DNA of 63,389 bases, counting the filler, from Hyphochytrium catenoides (taxonomy: Eukaryota; Protista; Hyphochytriomycota): NCBI GenBank assembly GCA_900088475.1. It is 12 parts of 12 records of this genome, joined end to end, with 100 filler letters (N's around TTAATTAATTAA, not from the genome) between each part and the next. Parts side by side here need not be neighbours in the genome. Positions count along the whole stretch, not along the records: positions 1 to 22,738 come from FLMG01001593.1; 11 more parts are not named here. The stretch is one strand, 5' to 3'. A program made the translations under genes and the position numbers. This document shows positions 1 through 12,246 of this stretch, in pieces. The notes beneath the pieces were generated by a model. It did not search any database, was not told the DNA's origin, and was given only the letters and a program-made list of their open reading frames with translations. Position 1 is the stretch's first letter. Each line of letters begins with the position of its first letter.

Positions 1-885
1 CTCCACCTGCCACCATCCTCATGTAGCGTGCTGCTGCTGCTGCCGGTGCTTCAATATCTTCGTGCTGTCCAGGAGGCATACAGACACTATGGGCCAATCA
101 CCTGCGAAGCCCGCTGCCACCATCATCTAGGTGAGCAGCGGCGCCGACATCATCAGCATAATCGCCCATCATCAAATAGCGGCTGCTGCTGCTCTTCTTC
201 ACGTCTCTGTTGAAAGGAGGAGAATTGTGATGTGTCGCTCCCTTCTTCCTCCTCACTGCCAGCTAGTGGACCGCATATGGTACCAATGTCTGCTACGAAA
301 AGGTAGGTGCCGGCCAATGTCTGCTCGCTGCTGCTACGAAAGAAAGATCCTTGAGCCGATGATGGCGGGCGGGCGATGAAGCGATCGAGGAGGTAGGGAA
401 AAGGTGAGTGAGGAGCGAAGAGGGGTGATCATAGCAAGGCACACTTATTATGGTCAGTATTATTATTGATGAGAAGACGGCATCATGAGGAGGAGGAGGC
501 GACGAAGAAGAGACAATGAAGAAGAAGGAAGAAGCTCGAAGACGGAAGAAGAAGTGCCTTTCAGCAGCTTTGCTATTTTTTCGTTAGAAGGGATCGTGCG
601 TAGTAGTAGTACTTGGCAGTTCAGCAGGAGTAGGGAGCAGGTGATGCTTGTGCGTTGTAGTTGTAATGTGCAGCACGGAGGACGTCCTACTATTCGGGTG
701 AAAGTGGTGTAGTATACGTTGTACAACGATAACGGATGAGAAGCTGGACATGAAAGGTCATTCGAGAGTCACTCTGTCTCGCACGCCCTGCCTCTAGCGC
801 CATAGATAAAGTTCTTCGTATCGCAATCTCTCTTGCGCTCTTCTTCTGATCGCTTCATCTCAGTTCGCTCTCTCTTCTCTTGGCC

Positions 886-891
886 CTGCTG

Positions 892-927
<36 letters not shown>

Positions 928-1107
928 TCTCTCTCTGTCTCGCTCTCGCTCTCTTTTCTTCTCTCTCTCTTGCCTCATGCCCTCTCGTTCCTCTCTTTGC
1001 CTGCTTGAAAGAGCAGCTCAGCTTTCATACTTTTCAACCCTTTCATCCCTGCCGCTGCGTCTTCGCTGTTAGCCTGTCTCTCTTCTTTCTCTCTCTCTCT
1101 CTCTCTC
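886..1107. repeat. (CT)n/(GA)n microsatellite tracts (example; pervasive in introns and UTRs throughout the window)
   Basis: Long dinucleotide runs here and at about 11420-11555, 19900-19955, 20390-20435, 21230-21440, 50920-51020 and 58900-59040; several internal N gaps fall inside such tracts. Confidence 0.95.
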
Positions 1108-1731
1108 NNNNNNNNNNNNNNNNNNNNNNNNNNNNNNNNNNNNNNNNNNNNNNNNNNNNTCTCCATTCACTTTTACGCATGAACTATAACTCTTCAAGAA
1201 GATTGCGAAGAGGCCGTGGTTCCTACTGATGAAGCTCTCGCATTCCTCCTTCTAGAGCTGCAGAGCATTTGACATATCAGATCCTCTGCCACTGATGCTC
1301 CCTCCGGGGGTGAGGAGAGATGGAATGTATTGCTGCCTACTAGACAGGAAAGTAGACAGTCAGGAGCAGAAGGCATGAGGCAGACACTCTTACTATACAC
1401 AGAGAAGAAGGAAAGGAGCTATGTGGAGAGAGAAGAAGTGAGAGAGAGATAAAGTGAGAGGGATGTAGCTGAATCTTTAGTAGTAGCCTGAAGGCACACC
1501 GCAGCTGAAGCATTCCCAAGAAGTGACATCCTCCATTCTACCTACTGCGTCTTACCTCACGGGCTCCTTTTCTCTCTCTCTCTCTCTCGGCGTGTGTGTC
1601 TGTGTGTGTCTCTCTCTCTGTCTGTCTCTCTCTTTCTCTCTCTCTCTGTTTGTGGTCCTCTGTCTGTCTGTCCGTCTCTCTCTCTCTCTCTCGCTCTCTC
1701 TCTGTGTCTGTTGTGGCGCTGTGTGGCCATC

Positions 1732-4700
1732 ATGGAGGGGGACGAGGTGGAGAGACTGAGGCGTCAGTTGCACGGGAGAACCAAACTTATTGACGAGCTC
1801 CGGACGTCCTATCTCAGGTGAAGTGTCGTCCCACAGCAGACGCTCCTCTTCCATAGCTCGCTCTTCTCAACCCTTCTCGGTCTCTCTTCCCTCTTTCGCT
1901 GTCTCTCTTCCTTTCTTCTCTCCCGTCCTCCCCTTCTCTTCCTCTCTCACTTCCCCTTCCCTCTTGATTTTTTTCTCTCTCCCTCTCTCCCCATCTCTCA
2001 CCCTCTCTCTCGCTCTCTTCTCCCTCTCTGTCTCTTCTCGCTCTCTCTCTTCTCTCTCTCTCTCACACACATCCATCCTACCCTCTCGCTCTCGTCCTCT
2101 TCCTCCAGGACAGCCCCTCCTCGCCCTCTCTTCCCCCAATTCTATCTTTTCCCTTTCCGCCGACACTAATAAATATCCATCGACCTGCTCTCCTCTCATC
2201 TCTAGGGATGTCGTAGCCGTGAAGGAGATTCTGGCTCGCCTCTTTCCGCAGGGACAAAGGCAGTTACCGTCCGAGCTCCAGCGCCTCCCCTCTGTCGATC
2301 TAAGAGGCCTTCTGCCGCTCTTTGGCCCGGCTAATCACTTTTTAGAGGTGGAGCCCTGCGAGGTACGTTTACGGAGGTAGAGTTGTTGACAGAGAGAAGC
2401 GCAGCAAAAGAGAGAGAGAGAGACAGGGAGACAAAGAGAGAGTTGTCAGAGAGAGAGAAAGAGAGAGAGATGCCGAGAAGACACCTGCCGTGATCTTTCC
2501 CGCCTCTTCAATGAGAGCCATTTCTCTCCGTGAGCATTTGTTCCTCGCAGGGTTACCTTTAGTTGCTTCCTCTTTCGCTGTCTCCTTATTCCATGTTTTC
2601 TTTCTCAAAACTGGGCCAATGTTTGTTCTCGCTTCACTTCCATTGCTTCCCAACTGCATCTCCTCATGCCTCTCTCTCTCTCTCTGTTTTGCCTGCTTCT
2701 TTCTTACGATGCCACTCCTTATGCGCTCACAGGCATGCGGTGGGATTGTCGATATGAAGCTCGTTCAGGTGCTGCTTCTGACCTGTGGACCCCTTTCCTC
2801 CTTCCATTGTGCTAAGGCTGTCCCAATTTTCCAACTTTCTCTCTCTTCCCCACCTCTCAGGCGCTCTCGCCTTTTCGGTTCTCTCTATTTCCCTCTTGAC
2901 TTGCAAATCCAGTTTGATCTCTTTGTCGGTCTGATCCACGGTTCGTAGCTCCCCCTAGTTTGCCATGGTTTCTCTGTTGCCGGCCACGTCATATCCTCTT
3001 TCTGATTTAACTCCGTTGTCTCAACATCTCAGGAAGTCTTCACTTTCCGATACGTCAAACGTCTCTTCCTTCCTATCGGCTGTCTCTCTCATCTTTTCTC
3101 TCTTCGACAAGATCAAAGATGAGGCAGGCGACTGCTGTTTATTAGTCTCTCCCTGCCAGTCCACTTCATCTTTCAATCTCTCTCGCTCTCTTTCTTTCCT
3201 TCATTGTCTTTCCGGCACCTTGGAGTTTATGATAAGCTAAGTGAAGTTCTGCAGGAGAAGGAGCGGAATGAGGCGGAGGCCAAGGTCGTAGAGCTTCTAC
3301 AGATGCAGGAGAGAGCACAGGAGAGACTGGACATGCTTCGGAAGGAATGTGATGAGGCTCATCAATCAGGTGACTTCTCTTCCAGCCCTCATCCCATCCT
3401 CTCTCTCTCTCTCTGGCCTCTCTCTCTGTCTTTGTCTATTTTTCTCTACTTTTCTCTCAATTTGTCTTCTCTCTCATTCCCGCTTTGTGTCCATCCATAT
3501 GTCGCGATCGTCATTGATGCGCCAATATTCAGCGTTTTGGCTTAGTCTTTTCGTCACAATCTTTTCTCTCTCTCCCTTTTGAACATGCCGATCCTGTTAG
3601 GACCCTCTCCCTTATCTTTTCTCTTCCTTAATTTGTTTCACAGTCTCTCGCGCACTTACTGTCGCTTTTCTCTTGAGTCATCTGTGTGCTTTTTTATCGA
3701 TCGCTCTATCTATCCTTGTGTGTCTCACGTACCTCTCTCTCTCGTAACATCAGCCACCTACTGGGAGAAAGAAGCTCGACAAGCTTTAGAAGCTCTCGAG
3801 CAGGGGGAGAAATCCGTTATCGGGCTGCGGGAGTCCCAGGCCAGAGCCAAAGAAGCTGTTCTGAGAGATATCGACAGATCCAACCAGGAGGCAAAGGTGA
3901 AGACCAGATGCTCTCTTTCTCCTGCTCTCGCTCTCGTTCTCTTTCTCTCTCTCTGTATGTGTGTCTATACTCAACAGTCCCTCAACCCTCTCTCTTGTCT
4001 CTTTTTCTCTCTCCCTCTGTGTTGGTGTGTCTCGCTACCTTTAGCTGAGAGCGTCCCAAAGAGAAATCCAGCGCCTTTCCTTAGAGTATAAGCTAGAGAG
4101 TGAGCGCAGCCTGAAGTATCGAGACGAGAGAGATCAAGTGAGCCAAATGGTAAGAGAGAGGAAAATTCCTTCGTCCAAAACGACCAAATAGAGATCGTCT
4201 TCGGAAACCACAAGCACACCGAGGAAGGGAGAGAGCGAGAGAGTGAGAGGATACACACAGAGGAAGAGGAGAGATGGAGAGAGTTGCACACAGAGGAAGA
4301 GAGAGATAGAGGACAAACGCACAAAAACAGAGAGAAAGAGGCCGCCTTATAGAAAGGGAGCGAATGTCGAAGGAGAAGAGCATTTGGAGTAGAGGACGTA
4401 ACTTCTGCCAAAGACAGCGATATAAGAAGGAAACGAGAGGGAGAAGAGAGAGAGAAGAGAGAGGGCGGAGAGTGAGAGACAACAAGCGGAGACGGAGCAA
4501 GGGAGGAAGGTATAGACACTTATAAAGCGAGAGTCATGCGGAGGGGACCAGAGGCGATGTAAAGTTAGCTCTAGCGGAAGACTCTTAGTCTTCAGCCCTA
4601 ACCCTTGCTATTCAGCTTCAAGCCTGCCAGGCCACGGGGCAGAAACAAGCGCAGCAGCTGCAGGAAATTGAGCACGAGTTGAAAGAGACGATGGCGTCTC

Positions 4701-7019
4701 TTTCTTCATTGCAGGAGACATTACGAAGCAAGGAGAGAAAGATAGAACTCCAGGGAGAAGAGCGTCAGGATCTTCTCTTCTCTCTCAATACTAAGGTAGA
4801 GGAGATCCGGATATGGAAGGAGAGAGTAGACGACGAAGAGCGGAAGGTAAAGAGGTTAGAAACACAGCTCTCGAAAGAGCGAGATTCCTCTCAGAAAAGA
4901 GAGGCAGAGTTGAAGGACGATATCTCTCACCAGGAGCGCAGGATCAAAGCCCTAAATACCGCTCTAGTCGATGAAAAGATGAGAGAAAAGCGACTCCAGA
5001 GAGCGAGAGCCGCCCAAAGGCTAGTCTCTCTCCTTGCCAGCAGAAGGGCAGGAAGAAAGCTTAAGGCTTTTCATCGCATGGCGCAAGAGAGACTATGCTT
5101 CAAAATCAAAGATGGAGCAAGGAGAGAAAAGGACCTACATTTGGTCATAGACAGACTGTCGGCCACTCTCTCCTTTCTCTATCAGACGTTAGGTAGCAGG
5201 CTGTCGAGGCGAGTCCAGGCCTTAGAGGCCGAGAAGATTGTCTTAGAACAACGTCTTCACGACGCAGGAGGCCGGTGCGTTGACTTGGAGGCGGAGAACA
5301 GAGAGAGAGGGGCAAGGTTAGAGGAGCTTCTCTCTCTGACCGCCAGGTTGACTGAAGAAAGACAGGCGTACAAGGAGCAACTGGACTTGTCTCTTGTGGC
5401 TTTTGAGAGCCTAAAAGCTGAGCGGGAGAAGGAGAGAGACACTCATGCTGCAACTCTTCAAGCCGTGAAGGAGCAGCTTGAGAGGGAGATTCAGAGGTTA
5501 AATGACTCACTCCGGCGGAGCACGACAAAAGAGAAATTCTATAGAGAAGAGTTAGATGAGAAGAGGATCCACCAAGAGGTTGGTCAACTCTCTCTCTCTC
5601 TCTCCGTCTCTCTTTTACTTCAGAATACGACCACGTCTCTCTCCTGCCAAGCTTCTCGCTACTCTTTCACTTATCGATTGCACTTGACGAACACCTCTCT
5701 GTTGCCCTTCCTCATCCCATCTCCACCTGACAACCTCTTTACCTTCAGATTTGCCTTGCTCTTTGGTTTATGTCAGACGGGTGTCTTCGTTCGTCTCTCT
5801 CCTATTGTCTACGGTCGTGCTTTACCCTCCTCCTCCTCCCTAAGTTCCTCTCGCTTTCAGGCTCATACTCTATTTTCTAACTTTTCCATCTTTTTTTATC
5901 CTTCTTAGTCGCACTCCAACTCCTTCTCTCCGTCACTCTTTTTCTCTTGTTCTCTCTTTCTCTATCTGTAGTTTTTCTCTATCTCTTGTTCTCGTTCTCT
6001 CTCTCTCTTTTTTTCTCTTTCTCTCTCTCTCTCTATCTATCTTTCCCTCTCTCTCTCTTTCTCTTTCTCCGTCTTTCTCTCTGTCGTTCTCTCTCTCACT
6101 CTCTTCCTTCCCTCGTCTCGTCTCTCTCGCCGTGTATGTGGCCCTGGGCTGAAAACAGGCTTTGACAGTGATGGCAAGCGAGCAAAACGAAGTGATATCT
6201 AGCTATGTCCTAACGTAAGTCAATGAGTTCAGTTGTGTGTGGGACATTGTAAAAGCCCAACTTTGTACTCTCTCTCTCATTCCTTCAGATGCCTCTAACC
6301 CCCACTCCTCTCTCGCTACCTTGACCAGGGTCCGAGAGCTCCGTGAGGCGCTGCAGCAGGAGATCCACCGCAAGGACGACGTCTTGCATCGAGCCGCAGG
6401 ACTGGAGGCTGCCGTAAGTAGTCTATCACTCGTTTCTCTCCCAAGGCCCAGCGTCTCGCTTCTCGCTCAGTCTTCAGCTCTGGCTTCCTTCCTCCTTCTT
6501 TGTGCCATAATTCCTACTCTGGTTGAGGCACGGACGTGGTCTGCCTTCCTAGCTCTTGGTCTTCTTAGGTTTTGCGGTCCCTATGCCTTGAAGTGCTGGT
6601 CTGTTTGTCTGTCAGCTTTCCATAACCGTGGTCTAAAATCTGCCTCTTCAAGGCGACATCCGCGGCCCGAGAGAGGGACGCAGCGCTGCGGAAGGCTGAG
6701 GTGTATCAGCACATGCTGCAGAACTTGACTGTTCTCAGTCTTCAACAAAAAGAAAGGAGAGGAGAGAATATCCCTTCTCAGCAGTGGCTAGATGCTGGCA
6801 CTGATCAGGTCATCAACGATTTAGCTTGCAGAGTCATCGTCAAGTTCCTCCAAGTGAATCTGAAGCTCAAGGTAAGCCCTGGAGAGACGAGAAAGGCGGT
6901 AAGTGGAAGGGAGAGAAGGCACAGCGCCGAGGAGAAGACTGCCGCTCTGGCGTCTCTCTCCTTAATTTAACTCTGTGCGGAGCCGCCATAGATACTCCTC
7001 TCACCTTCCCCTCTTCGCG

Positions 7020-7060
<41 letters not shown>

Positions 7061-7751
7061 CTTGTTTGCCAACAAAGATCCATTGAGTTTGCAGCTAAGG
7101 CAGAGAGTAAGAGAGCCAGGCAGCAAGAGGAAGAGAAAAACTGGATAGGAAAGAAAAAATTCGGGAATAAGAGACAGATGAGAGTCAAAGGACGAGCGCT
7201 GACATCATCTTCTCCGCCGTACGTATCCTCTGTTGTTGCTTCAGGCTAGCAGCAGCTCAATAAAGCTGATCACCAAGTTGGCAGAGCTCCAGCCCCTCCT
7301 GAGCTGCCTAAGGATGGTCTTCACAGCTGTCAATCAGAGTGGTTTCCTCTCAACCTTTGGGGTCCTTGTCCGCTTTCAAACACGAGAGCCCCTCCCTCCC
7401 GCCGTAGTGACGGTCCGCAGAAAGGGCAACGCTCTCGACATTGTGAGGATGATACGGCGCAGGAAACAGAAGCCTCACAAGTTTGAGCGGAGTGTCGGTG
7501 GGATATCCTCTCGACTTCTCCCTGCTTTCTCTTGTCCTGTTGACCTGACTCTTCTCTCTCTCTCTCTCCTCTTCTATTTTCTTTGCTATTCTAGCTCCTC
7601 GACTGTCATCTCCCCTCCATCCGTTGGCTTTTACATGCCGTTAGTCTACTATCTAGACCACCTCTATACTTTTAACCCTAGTAGCGCTGTCGTCTTCTCT
7701 TCCTTAGTAGTGCTGAAGAAGGGACTAACGTCTACCGCCAGGGTCCTCTAA
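1732..7751 (+). CDS. Multi-exon long coiled-coil protein of unknown function
   Basis: GT-AG bounded exons at about 1732-1817 (MEGDEVERLRRQLHGRTKLIDELRTSYL), 2206-2362, 2732-2768, 3236-3368, 3753-3896, 4616-5578 (long E/K/R/L heptad-rich exon), 6329-6413, 6653-6871, 7246-7494 and 7710-7751. Exon edges and the 3' end are approximate. Confidence 0.65.
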
Positions 7752-7984
7752 GGAGATCGACAGCCCCGAAAGGACGGAGGTGAGAGCTGAACAAAAAGAC
7801 ATTCCTCGTGTCCTACAGCGAGGAGTGAGCAAGGTGAACATGTTGGAACAGTTGGCAAGGCAGCCAAGCACCGCCTCGCGATCATCAAAGAACAGCAGCA
7901 AGCTACGTGTCAACCCGTAGTGTCCGTCTCTCTCTAGCCCACCCTCATCCCAGTGCTGGGATGAAGTTTACGCGTGGCCTTTGG

Positions 7985-8019
<35 letters not shown>

Positions 8020-8305
8020 CTCTCTCTCCAATGTCTTGTATGCCCCTGTACATATGCGTGTATACTTCCATCATTTCCTCAGGGATGAACCCTGAGATCA
8101 GTGGTCCGTGGCATTGAATGTATGTGTTATCCGTGCATCGTGCTGCCGTCTCCTCAGTCCCTCTTTAGAAGAAACCCGGACTAGTAAAGGTAATGGGAGC
8201 AATAATAGTGCCAAAAGAAGAGAGTGAGATCGGATCAGCAGGGGAGACGGCACTGATAGTTAATTTAAAGCTGTTATTTATAGCTGTGACTGCAGACTTC
8301 TACTT

Positions 8306-8418
8306 CTACTCGCAGACAATCTTAGAGTTCACAGCGCTTAGGGCAATGGCGAAGGCCTGCAGGGGAGACAAAGGATAGCGGAAGTCGCAGCTGAACTTGT
8401 TGGTGGCCACCTGGAAAA

Positions 8419-8457
<39 letters not shown>

Positions 8458-10435
8458 CAGCGTCAAAAAGCTACGCCAAAGGAGGAGAGGGACGTTGCAC
8501 AAAATACTTTAAAGGCGTATAAGGAGAATAAGGACGTGAAGGGATGTATGGCTGCCGCGAGGTCATCTTAGGGCAGCACGTGCAACTCTACAGAGGGGAT
8601 TCTTTTAGAGAGAGAAGAGAGAGAGACAGGGAGACACAGAGAGACAGAGAGTCAGATTAGAAAAGGGCAATTCTAGGGAGAGAGAACGAGGAGAAACGGA
8701 ACAGCAACTTGTTCATCGGGAAGCGAGAGAGAGCGCCAACAGGAGAGGACGAAAGTCGACACTTCACGACTTTCTGCCTCGCTGTAGTTTCCTCAACTCT
8801 TCCTTTTACCTGTCCAAACAGCATAACGACCTGGTCTTCTTGCGCAGGATCTACAAGGAGGAAGTTTCCGACACAAGCCATCGTCACTCTTCCTCCAAAG
8901 TCCAGGCAGTAAGACTCAAGGGACTCGTTCCAGACCGGTGATTTGTTTACTAGGAGAGAGATGCTCTCGTGTGTCCCCTCTGCTCCCTGCACCTGCATGT
9001 ACTCTCTCTTGGTCTTGGGGCGCCAGCTGGCAGTCGTGATGATGCCGTTCTCCATACTCTGGACCTTGGGAATGTGGATCTTCATCTAAACGTATGAGGC
9101 GTAGAGGACAGAGCCATAAGAGGAAGCGACACCACAAGAGGCCAACACCATAGAGAGAAAATAAAGAGAGAGGAAGAAGAGTAGCTACGTGACGTCCAAA
9201 TCTTAGCAATTGACAAAAGCTGCAGAGACGAAAGGACAGACATCTCATAGCCCAGCCCACATCGACACAGACCAGGGATCGGAGAGAAGGCCACAAAGAA
9301 GAGAGTTGGCAGATGGCATCAATCCCCTCTTCCGCTCCCCAAGCTCGTCTAGCTTACCTGTCGTGGTACCCCTTGCATCCTAGTGGTTGCATACTGCACG
9401 GCACACAGCTGTTTCCGCATGGAGAGAATGCCTGCTGCCTTTTCCGGGGCCAGTCCACCGTCATAGAGATTATAGTCAGAGCCCAGCAGATTCCCAGAGA
9501 GTCTGCCCAAGTAGCTGCAGCTCTTAGGGTCCAGGCAGTCGAGGCGGGTGGAAATGTGATAGGAAGGAGTGACGCTCGCGAGCTTGGAGACCCGCTTGGC
9601 TGCCATAATGAAGCGATTGTCTTCCTCGCTAAACAGCTGATAGCTGCTGCCGCTGACCACCAGGTAGCAGCTAGGTCGAGAGGAAGTAAGCGAAAGGAGT
9701 GAGAGGAAAATGGAGAGAGAGAGAGAGAGAGAGAGAGCCACAAAGAGAGAGAGAGGGGCAGACGGAGAGAGAGAGTGTCAGAGAGAGAGAGAGAAGAGGG
9801 AGGAAAGGACGATGGGTAAGCCGAAGAATAGTCCGAGGTCAGGTACAAAGAGAGACACAGCTAGAGGAGGGAGGACCTGACATATATGCAACCATGCCAG
9901 CTTTCATAATGGTGGGCTTAGAAAAGATAGAGGTGGGAGACAGAAAAGAGAGAGAGAGGAAAGTAGGTCACGAGATAATGAATTCAATTACCTCATCTTC
10001 CCTGCGTCTGGAGGCAGAGGCTGGCTCAGCTTCTCCTTCAGCTTGGCTGCGTCCACTCGGAGGAACTCACCAACATTAAGATGCGGCTCGTCTATGGCTG
10101 AAGAGAAGGTGACAGAGTGGCGGGGAGAGACGGAGAGAGAGAGAAGCTTTGTAGGATCTCGAGGGGGCAGAGCTTTAACTTGACGATGCTCCTCTTCTTG
10201 ATTGTCCTCTTCGGTGTCAGAATCACTCTGGTGCGAGCCTTCAGACTCGTCTAAAGGTAGAGAAACCGACAGAGAAAGAAGAGGTTAAGGACGAAGGGAA
10301 CGAAGGACAATACAGGGTGGCGATGAACTAGAAGTATGTATCTTCTTGACGAGAGAGACAGAGGGAGTTAACAGGCAGACACAGAAACACAAGCAGAGAG
10401 ACAGGGAAAGACAGGGAGAGACAGAGGGAGACGAG

Positions 10436-10470
<35 letters not shown>

Positions 10471-11057
10471 GAGACAAAGTGAGAGAGAGAGAGAGAGAAG
10501 CGAGGAAGGAGAGAGAGAAGATGAGAAGAAAGTCTAAGGCCTGACACAGAGATCTGCGGCAGCCTTAGAGCGGGTGAGGGCAGGTGAGTCAAGCTCCAAT
10601 ATCGACCTTTGAACCTGGACTGCAAGTCACTATCACCGTCTTGAGCGGTGGGGCCATTGGGAGAATGCAGCAGGTCCGTCAGGGACCATTTCCTTGAGGG
10701 AAGAGCGGTATCTAAGGCTCCATCCGATGACGTCTCCGGAGCGCTTTCCACTGACTTTGGCATCTTCTCTGTGAGCTGAACTTTCTCAAGGCCAAAGATG
10801 TCAAGGAAGTCTGTGTCCACAGCTGGGTCTGCAAGTTGACTCTGATTATCGAGGCTGCTTGGAGTTCGATAGGCAGACTGCTTGCCGCCATCAAAAAGCT
10901 GCAGAACATCGTCTGTTGGAGTTGATTGAGAGCTCAGCGCATCATCTTCAAAGGGATTCACCCTTGAGACGGGCTGCTGGGCCTGACGGTTGAGATTCCG
11001 TCGGGTGGAACGAGAAGAGGAGCTAGGAGGAGGAGGTGGCGGTGGCCGGAGAAGCAT
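8306..11057 (-). CDS. Tubby-like protein: low-complexity N-terminus plus C-terminal Tub domain
   Basis: Tub motifs across exons: YQLFSEEDNRFIMAAKR...YLGRLSGNLLGSDYNLYDGG (9358-9670); LVNKSPVWNESLESYCLDFGGRVTMACVGNFLLV...VVMLFGQ (8810-9085); last exon VATNKFSCDFRYPLSPLQAFAIALSAVNSKIVCE* (8306-8410). Confidence 0.9.
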
Positions 11058-11502
11058 GATATCCTATGTTCTGCGCTGGTAGAGCTCTCCGGCTTTCGCT
11101 TGGAAGGTCCCTCCAAAAAGAGCAATGCCTGAGCTTTGGTCACGGGCAGCACAGAGTCCTGCCAGATTGACTGTAGGACTCTATCTCTCTGCCTACTATT
11201 TCTCTTCTGAAGGATCGTAGAGCTACAGGCTTGAGACGAGCAGGTCAGCCAGGGACCGCTGGAGATGCTGGCAGACGCTGGGCGTCCAGAGACCAGAGGT
11301 CTTAGGCTAGAACCCAGATGTACGAAAGGGGCAGCAACCGGAGAAGAAAAGGAAGCAAGTGACAAGGAGAAAAAGAAAGAGTGGAGAGCACAGGGACTAG
11401 AGCGAGGGCCGGAAAAGTGAGGCAGAGACAGAGACAGAGACAGAGATAGAGACCGGCGAGAGAGAGAGGGAGAGAGACACAGAGACAGAGACAGAGAGAC
11501 AA

Positions 11503-11555
<53 letters not shown>

Positions 11556-12246
11556 ACGATTAGTTCCCTACTGTGAGTTTGCTGGTGTTGCAGTTTTCTT
11601 CTGAAGTTCTCCGCTGGATGTAACGCCCTTCTCATTCCAGACCTGGACAAATGCTATTTAGAATGATAAGTAATCATTCGAAATCCAAATCACATTCTGT
11701 AGATGTTGTGGTACAGTGGGCACTTCGCCTCCGTTCCTTTCTTTCGTGCCGACACCCGACACCTCAGCTTATTCTAAACCTAGATACCTATTATTAGGGA
11801 TGGCATCACAGGTAATAGTATTTGAGTTTCCCACGAGAGGGTTGGTGTATGGCGAATCATGAGAATGCGAACCTGACGCGGAGCCGCGCACCTTCTTCGT
11901 AGAGACTTTAGGGTCCGCGCCGCAGGTGACGCTTCCGATGCTCGAGCTCCAGATGTCTTCAGAACTAGTCTGCAGACCGCTGACAAACTATAGTGAAGAT
12001 TCTTAGACCTCCGCTGAAGCTACAAGAGCATCCCGGTTGGCTAGTGACGGTCGTTGAGGGGTAAGTAAGGGAAGTCTGATTCTACCTGGAGGACCGGTGC
12101 TATACGGAGGTCGAGCCATCGGAGAGGTTCCTTTACTAGTCTTCACAAGCAAGATTTAGCCTTCAGGAGGGCCTCGTCAAGGCGTCTTTAGTTATCTAGC
12201 TGTAACTTGGAGAAGAGCCCTTGGAGTGAGCTTGTGCCTCTTACAG

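Noticed and set aside
10958-11650. 230-aa minus-strand ORF overlapping the tubby start
   Set aside because: Runs through a microsatellite intron-like tract in a different frame; probably 5' leader.
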